Shown: positions 60,279-64,000 of the stretch, piece by piece
Layout: each line of letters begins with the position of its first letter
Numbering within the stretch: position 1 is the stretch's first letter
Source: an uncultured Collinsella sp.
GTDB lineage: Bacteria; Actinomycetota; Coriobacteriia; Coriobacteriales; Coriobacteriaceae
DNA: 64,000 bases
Direction of reading: 5' to 3'
Assembly: GCA_900555555.1 (NCBI GenBank)
Contig: USLK01000002.1
Location: 22,577-86,576, forward strand
Translations under genes and position numbers: made by a program
The notes under the pieces: generated by a model
Told to the model about the DNA's origin: nothing
The model's input: the letters and a program-made list of their open reading frames with translations, nothing else
The model's database searches: none

Positions 60279-60340
60279 CAGAATTTGCGAGTGAGCTGAT
60301 TGAGCGGGCGTTTCTTCTGTTGAGCCCTCGGTATGAGTTT

Positions 60341-60377
60341 TGTTCAACTTGTTAAACTCTGTTCAACTTGTTAAACT
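60341..60377 (+). repeat. Direct repeat tgttcaacttgttaaact x2 (four TGTTHAAC sub-units)
   Basis: 18 bp perfect duplication with a 19 bp period, immediately upstream of the ATPase gene. Confidence 0.8.
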
Positions 60378-60403
60378 TCTTTGACCGCAGAGGGTGATGT
60401 GCG

Positions 60404-61480
60404 GTGGTGCGCGTTAATCCGTTCAAGCCGACGGCTGGAATGAATCCACCTGAACTTATCGGTCGAGACGAGATTCTCGACGACTTTACCGAAGCGCTTG
60501 AAAACGGCCCCGGAGCTCCTGACAGATTACTTCGCGTTTCCGGGGTCCGTGGCGTGGGTAAGACCGTGCTCCTTAACGCATTTGGAGACATCGCGCGCGA
60601 GCATGGGTTCCATGTGGTTGACGTCGCCGCGAACGCGGGCTTTTGCGATCGCATTCTCGGTGCCCTCTCGCGGAATCGCGAAGTGTCCTCTCTGTCGATA
60701 TCCCCTTCTATATTGGGCGCGAGCTTGGGTTCCGTCGAGATATCCAAGTCGGCGACGCAGCTGGGGGAGGCGATGTACGAGGCTTCGCGCAACGGTGGCC
60801 TCTTGATCACGCTCGATGAAGTTCAAGATGCGCCGCTCGATGAGATGCGCGAGTTGGGTAACGAGATTCAGCTGCTGGTGCGCCAGGGTGCGAACGTCGC
60901 CTTTGCATTCGCGGGTCTTCCCGCTTCGGTCGACGGTGTCGTGGTGGACGAGACCCTGACGTTTCTTCAGCGGGCCAAGCATGTCGAGCTCAAGCGCCTT
61001 ATGGACTTTGAGGTCGAAGATTCGTTTGTGGACACGATGGTGCGCGCGGGCAAATCTGTTGCGACTGGGGTGTCCGATGTGCTCACGGCCGCCGCTGCCG
61101 GTTATCCCTTCATGGTTCAGCTTGTCGGATATTACACCTGGCAGTCAGCTTCGCGCCGCGGTTCTGATGCGATTGAGCTGCGCGATGCGCAAAAGGGCAT
61201 CGCGACGGCGCGCAAGAGCTTCGATAACATGGTGATTGAACCGGCGCTCAGGCGCGTCTCGGGCAAGCAGTTCGAGTACCTTGCGGCCATGGCGCGATGT
61301 GGGTCTGGCCCCGTGGCGTCTGGCGATATCGCGCGCGAGATGGGGGTCGACCCCACGTCCGTGAGCACCTATCGTCGCCGCCTCGTAGATGCGGCGCTCA
61401 TCGAGGCTCCGTCGTACGGTGTGGTTAGCTTTGCGATCCCCTATATGCGCGAATACCTGCTCGAACACGTGAGGGAGTAG
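60404..61480 (+). CDS. AAA-family ATPase with a C-terminal winged HTH
   Basis: NPFKP..G..P...GR, GVRGVGKT, ITLDEVQ, GYPFMVQL, YRRRL....I. Confidence 0.88.
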   Translation: MVRVNPFKPTAGMNPPELIGRDEILDDFTEALENGPGAPDRLLRVSGVRGVGKTVLLNAFGDIAREHGFHVVDVAANAGFCDRILGALSRNREVSSLSISPSILGASLGSVEISKSATQLGEAMYEASRNGGLLITLDEVQDAPLDEMRELGNEIQLLVRQGANVAFAFAGLPASVDGVVVDETLTFLQRAKHVELKRLMDFEVEDSFVDTMVRAGKSVATGVSDVLTAAAAGYPFMVQLVGYYTWQSASRRGSDAIELRDAQKGIATARKSFDNMVIEPALRRVSGKQFEYLAAMARCGSGPVASGDIAREMGVDPTSVSTYRRRLVDAALIEAPSYGVVSFAIPYMREYLLEHVRE

Positions 61481-61493
61481 GGCTGGCCTGCTG

Positions 61494-62417
61494 TTATCGC
61501 TGCATGTGCGCGTAGAGGGCGAGCGCGATGACGCCGGTGATTCCCGAAAAGACGAGCGCCGGCAGGACGAGTGTATGCAGGGCGGTTGCACTGCTTATGT
61601 GCATCCAGAGCCCGGCGTGAATCGGCAATATCATCGTTGGGAACGAGAGTTGCGCCACGCAGGCGGCGATGAAGCCGACCGCCATGATCCCGAACGCCGC
61701 AGCGCAGTTGGGGATGAGGCGGTACAGCGCGAGCGCGCAGGCGACGAATGATTCGTTGACGGTCAAGACGAGTGCAAGCCGGGGCGCGAGCGACGCGAGG
61801 ACTGCCCCGAGGAGGTTCGATTGCCCCGCCTGCGGGCTCAGCGCGATTGCAGTCGCGACGACGGTGGCGGCGTAGAGGGCCTGTACGGGAAGTGATGCGG
61901 CGAGAAGGTCGCCAACTGCCAGTCGCCAAGGCGATGTGCCGCGCGCCCCTGAGACCGCTCGGGCGTCCGTCGCATAGAGTGCCCCGCAAAGGCGTCCGCA
62001 TACCGCCAACGTGGTGAACGGCAGGAAAACCGTTCCGGCAAGTGCCGAGCACGTAAGTGCCTCGACAGCCGTTGCCTCGGCATTCGTGGTCCAATATGCA
62101 GGGTCGGGTGCAAAACCGATACCCGAATCCTCGGTGAGGGCGAACATCCACGAGCCGCTACCGGCGAACAGAAAGACGAGGCATGCAATCGCAGTTCCGG
62201 CGAGTGCCAGAAGCCCAAGATGGGCTCGCACGCCCACAAGGAGCGATGCCGCCGCAACGCGGAAACGCTGGGCAGGGACGCGCCGCGGACCGGTGGGTTT
62301 GGGGGCCGAACTGCCCCGTGTGCCGGCGGCTTTGGCGAGCGCGTTGCGATCGGGAGAGACGCCACGATTGAGGGGTGCGTGATTCCGTGCGGACGGGCAC
62401 TGCTTTTCGTAATTCAT
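61494..62417 (-). CDS. Membrane protein, probable ABC-2 permease
   Basis: About 6 TM segments; overlaps the upstream permease; AGGAGG RBS. Confidence 0.7.
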   Translation of the reverse strand: MNYEKQCPSARNHAPLNRGVSPDRNALAKAAGTRGSSAPKPTGPRRVPAQRFRVAAASLLVGVRAHLGLLALAGTAIACLVFLFAGSGSWMFALTEDSGIGFAPDPAYWTTNAEATAVEALTCSALAGTVFLPFTTLAVCGRLCGALYATDARAVSGARGTSPWRLAVGDLLAASLPVQALYAATVVATAIALSPQAGQSNLLGAVLASLAPRLALVLTVNESFVACALALYRLIPNCAAAFGIMAVGFIAACVAQLSFPTMILPIHAGLWMHISSATALHTLVLPALVFSGITGVIALALYAHMQR

Positions 62418-63307
62418 CGACATGCCTCCTGACAACTGCAAATCGCATACGTAAGTATCGAGGCGACGACACAAATGCCTGCGCCTACAGCCGCGCCCGC
62501 CGCAAGCGAAGCCTCGGATATGTTGAGCGAGCACGTGTGCATGAGCCGGACAGTGGGGCTCATCCAAGCGACCATCGGCGTGCTTCCCGCGATGTACGCC
62601 CTTGGGTATGCAAGTAGCGGGCCGATGCTGATCAACAGGGACAGGAAGAGTGCGAGAAGGGGCATTCTGCAGACGGCGGCAATGAGGGCGGATGCCAGGT
62701 GGATCGCGCACAGGAGCAGGCAGTTCGATAGTGTAATGGCGAGCGCCGTGCCCCATGCGGCTTCGGTGAGCGGCGGCCCGAACGCCAAGGTTTTGAGCGT
62801 AAAAGCGAATGCGCATGACAGGAAATATGCAAGCGAGAGCGCAATCGTCTGCGGTATCACCCGTGCAAGGGCGGCCGCGCCTCCCGGCACGCCTTTCGCC
62901 TGGGAGAGTTGGGCCGTCGTCTCGGCGGTGCCGACTCCGACAGCGGTGACGCCCATGATTGCCGCGGCTGGGATCCACGCGATCGTGTAGACGAGCGACG
63001 CGCGGAGGACGGATTCCGCCACGTGACCAGGGATGATGATATCGCCGACGAATCCGATGGTGGTCCCCACGGCCGCATTCGGGTCTCCCGCCACCATGAA
63101 GAGCGGTCCGTTGTCAGGGTTCAAGATGGTTGCGATGCAGGTGATCAGGCAGAGAGCGGCAAGGGGGATCAGCCGATCGATGCGGCAGGCGAGGAAGAAT
63201 CCGCCGGTAAGAGATCGCTTAAGTGCCGACGGGGCTCCCGAGCGCTTCTTCGTCTGACATCCAAAGCGCCACTTGCGGCGATGCGTGTATGGGGCGTTAC
63301 TGGACAT
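62414..63307 (-). CDS. Membrane protein, probable ABC-2 permease
   Basis: About 6 TM segments; follows an ABC ATPase with overlapping start/stop. Confidence 0.72.
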   Translation of the reverse strand: MSSNAPYTHRRKWRFGCQTKKRSGAPSALKRSLTGGFFLACRIDRLIPLAALCLITCIATILNPDNGPLFMVAGDPNAAVGTTIGFVGDIIIPGHVAESVLRASLVYTIAWIPAAAIMGVTAVGVGTAETTAQLSQAKGVPGGAAALARVIPQTIALSLAYFLSCAFAFTLKTLAFGPPLTEAAWGTALAITLSNCLLLCAIHLASALIAAVCRMPLLALFLSLLISIGPLLAYPRAYIAGSTPMVAWMSPTVRLMHTCSLNISEASLAAGAAVGAGICVVASILTYAICSCQEACR

Positions 63308-63998
63308 CGCAATCATCTCCCGATGTCGAGATAGGTTTCGAGGGGCGTCTGAGGTGCTGCGGGGCCGCCTCGCCGCGGCACGGCCCGTTATGATGGCCCA
63401 TCATGATGCGCGTATAGAGCTTCTCCAGATCGTCGCCGCTCAACCTTTCGATATCGTCTGCGGTCAGCTCCGCCATGAGCTTGCCGCCGCTTAGGATGAC
63501 GTAATCGGTCGCCGTCTGATGAAGCCCGGCAAGGTTGTGGCTCGATATAAGTACCGTGGTACCGCGCTCGCGGTTGAGCCGCTTGATGAGTTCGCGAATC
63601 TCGATGGTGCCGAGCGGATCGAGCCCGTTGGTGGGCTCGTCGAGCACGAGCATGCTCGGCTGCCCTAAAAGCGCGATACCCAGATCGAGGCGCTTGCGCA
63701 TGCCCAGGGAGAAGCTGCGGGCCCGCTTTCGCCCTGCATCCGCGAGCCCGACCATATCGAGGATGCGCGAAATCTGGCGCTGGTCCAGCCCCCATTCGAG
63801 ACAGCGTACCTTGAGGTTGTCGGCAGCGCTGAGCAGCGGATAGCTCGCGCTCGAATCCGGGACGTAGCCGATGTTCGACCGCGCGTTCCGCAGGCCCGCT
63901 GACCCCCGTTGCCCCATGAGTTCCACGGTGCCACCCGTCGGCTTGCTCAAGCCCATGGCGATGCGAATGAACGTCGATTTCCCCGCGCCGTTCTCGCC
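63297..63998 (-). CDS. ABC ATP-binding protein (BcrA/LanF-like), 5' end outside window
   Basis: GENGAGKST at the window edge, FSLGM, LDEPTNGLDP, ISSH. Confidence 0.92.
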   Translation of the reverse strand, partial: GENGAGKSTFIRIAMGLSKPTGGTVELMGQRGSAGLRNARSNIGYVPDSSASYPLLSAADNLKVRCLEWGLDQRQISRILDMVGLADAGRKRARSFSLGMRKRLDLGIALLGQPSMLVLDEPTNGLDPLGTIEIRELIKRLNRERGTTVLISSHNLAGLHQTATDYVILSGGKLMAELTADDIERLSGDDLEKLYTRIMMGHHNGPCRGEAAPQHLRRPSKPISTSGDDCDVQ

Positions 63999-64000
63999 GA

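Overview
High-GC chromosomal window whose gene content and protein styles suggest a Coriobacteriia (Collinsella-like) gut actinobacterium; the taxonomy is inferred. The first ~45 kb is mostly housekeeping: mgtA (partial), nrdD-nrdG with tandem NrdR boxes, folE/HD/folB, polA, argGH, ndk, a beta-glucoside/mannoside PTS-GH1-LacI cluster with no EIIC, rpsA, kup, a PepV-like peptidase, pstSCAB, an ABC-F protein, kdpDE and kdpFABC. From ~45 kb on, the region is accessory and partly decayed: gene fragments, in-frame deletion fusions, a frameshifted ABC permease, a DUF4160/DUF2442 pair with a nonsense codon, and REP-like palindromes, around intact pyrG and a MetE-like/LysR pair. The most unusual signal is a helically phased array of RCCRCA-N11/12-TGYGGY palindromes, split by a central ATCTACCTG motif. 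It occurs twice: once just upstream of an AbiEi/DUF559-like putative endonuclease gene (33.0-34.7 kb) and once with no such gene (4.2-4.7 kb). No rRNA, tRNA, CRISPR array or transposase was recognised.
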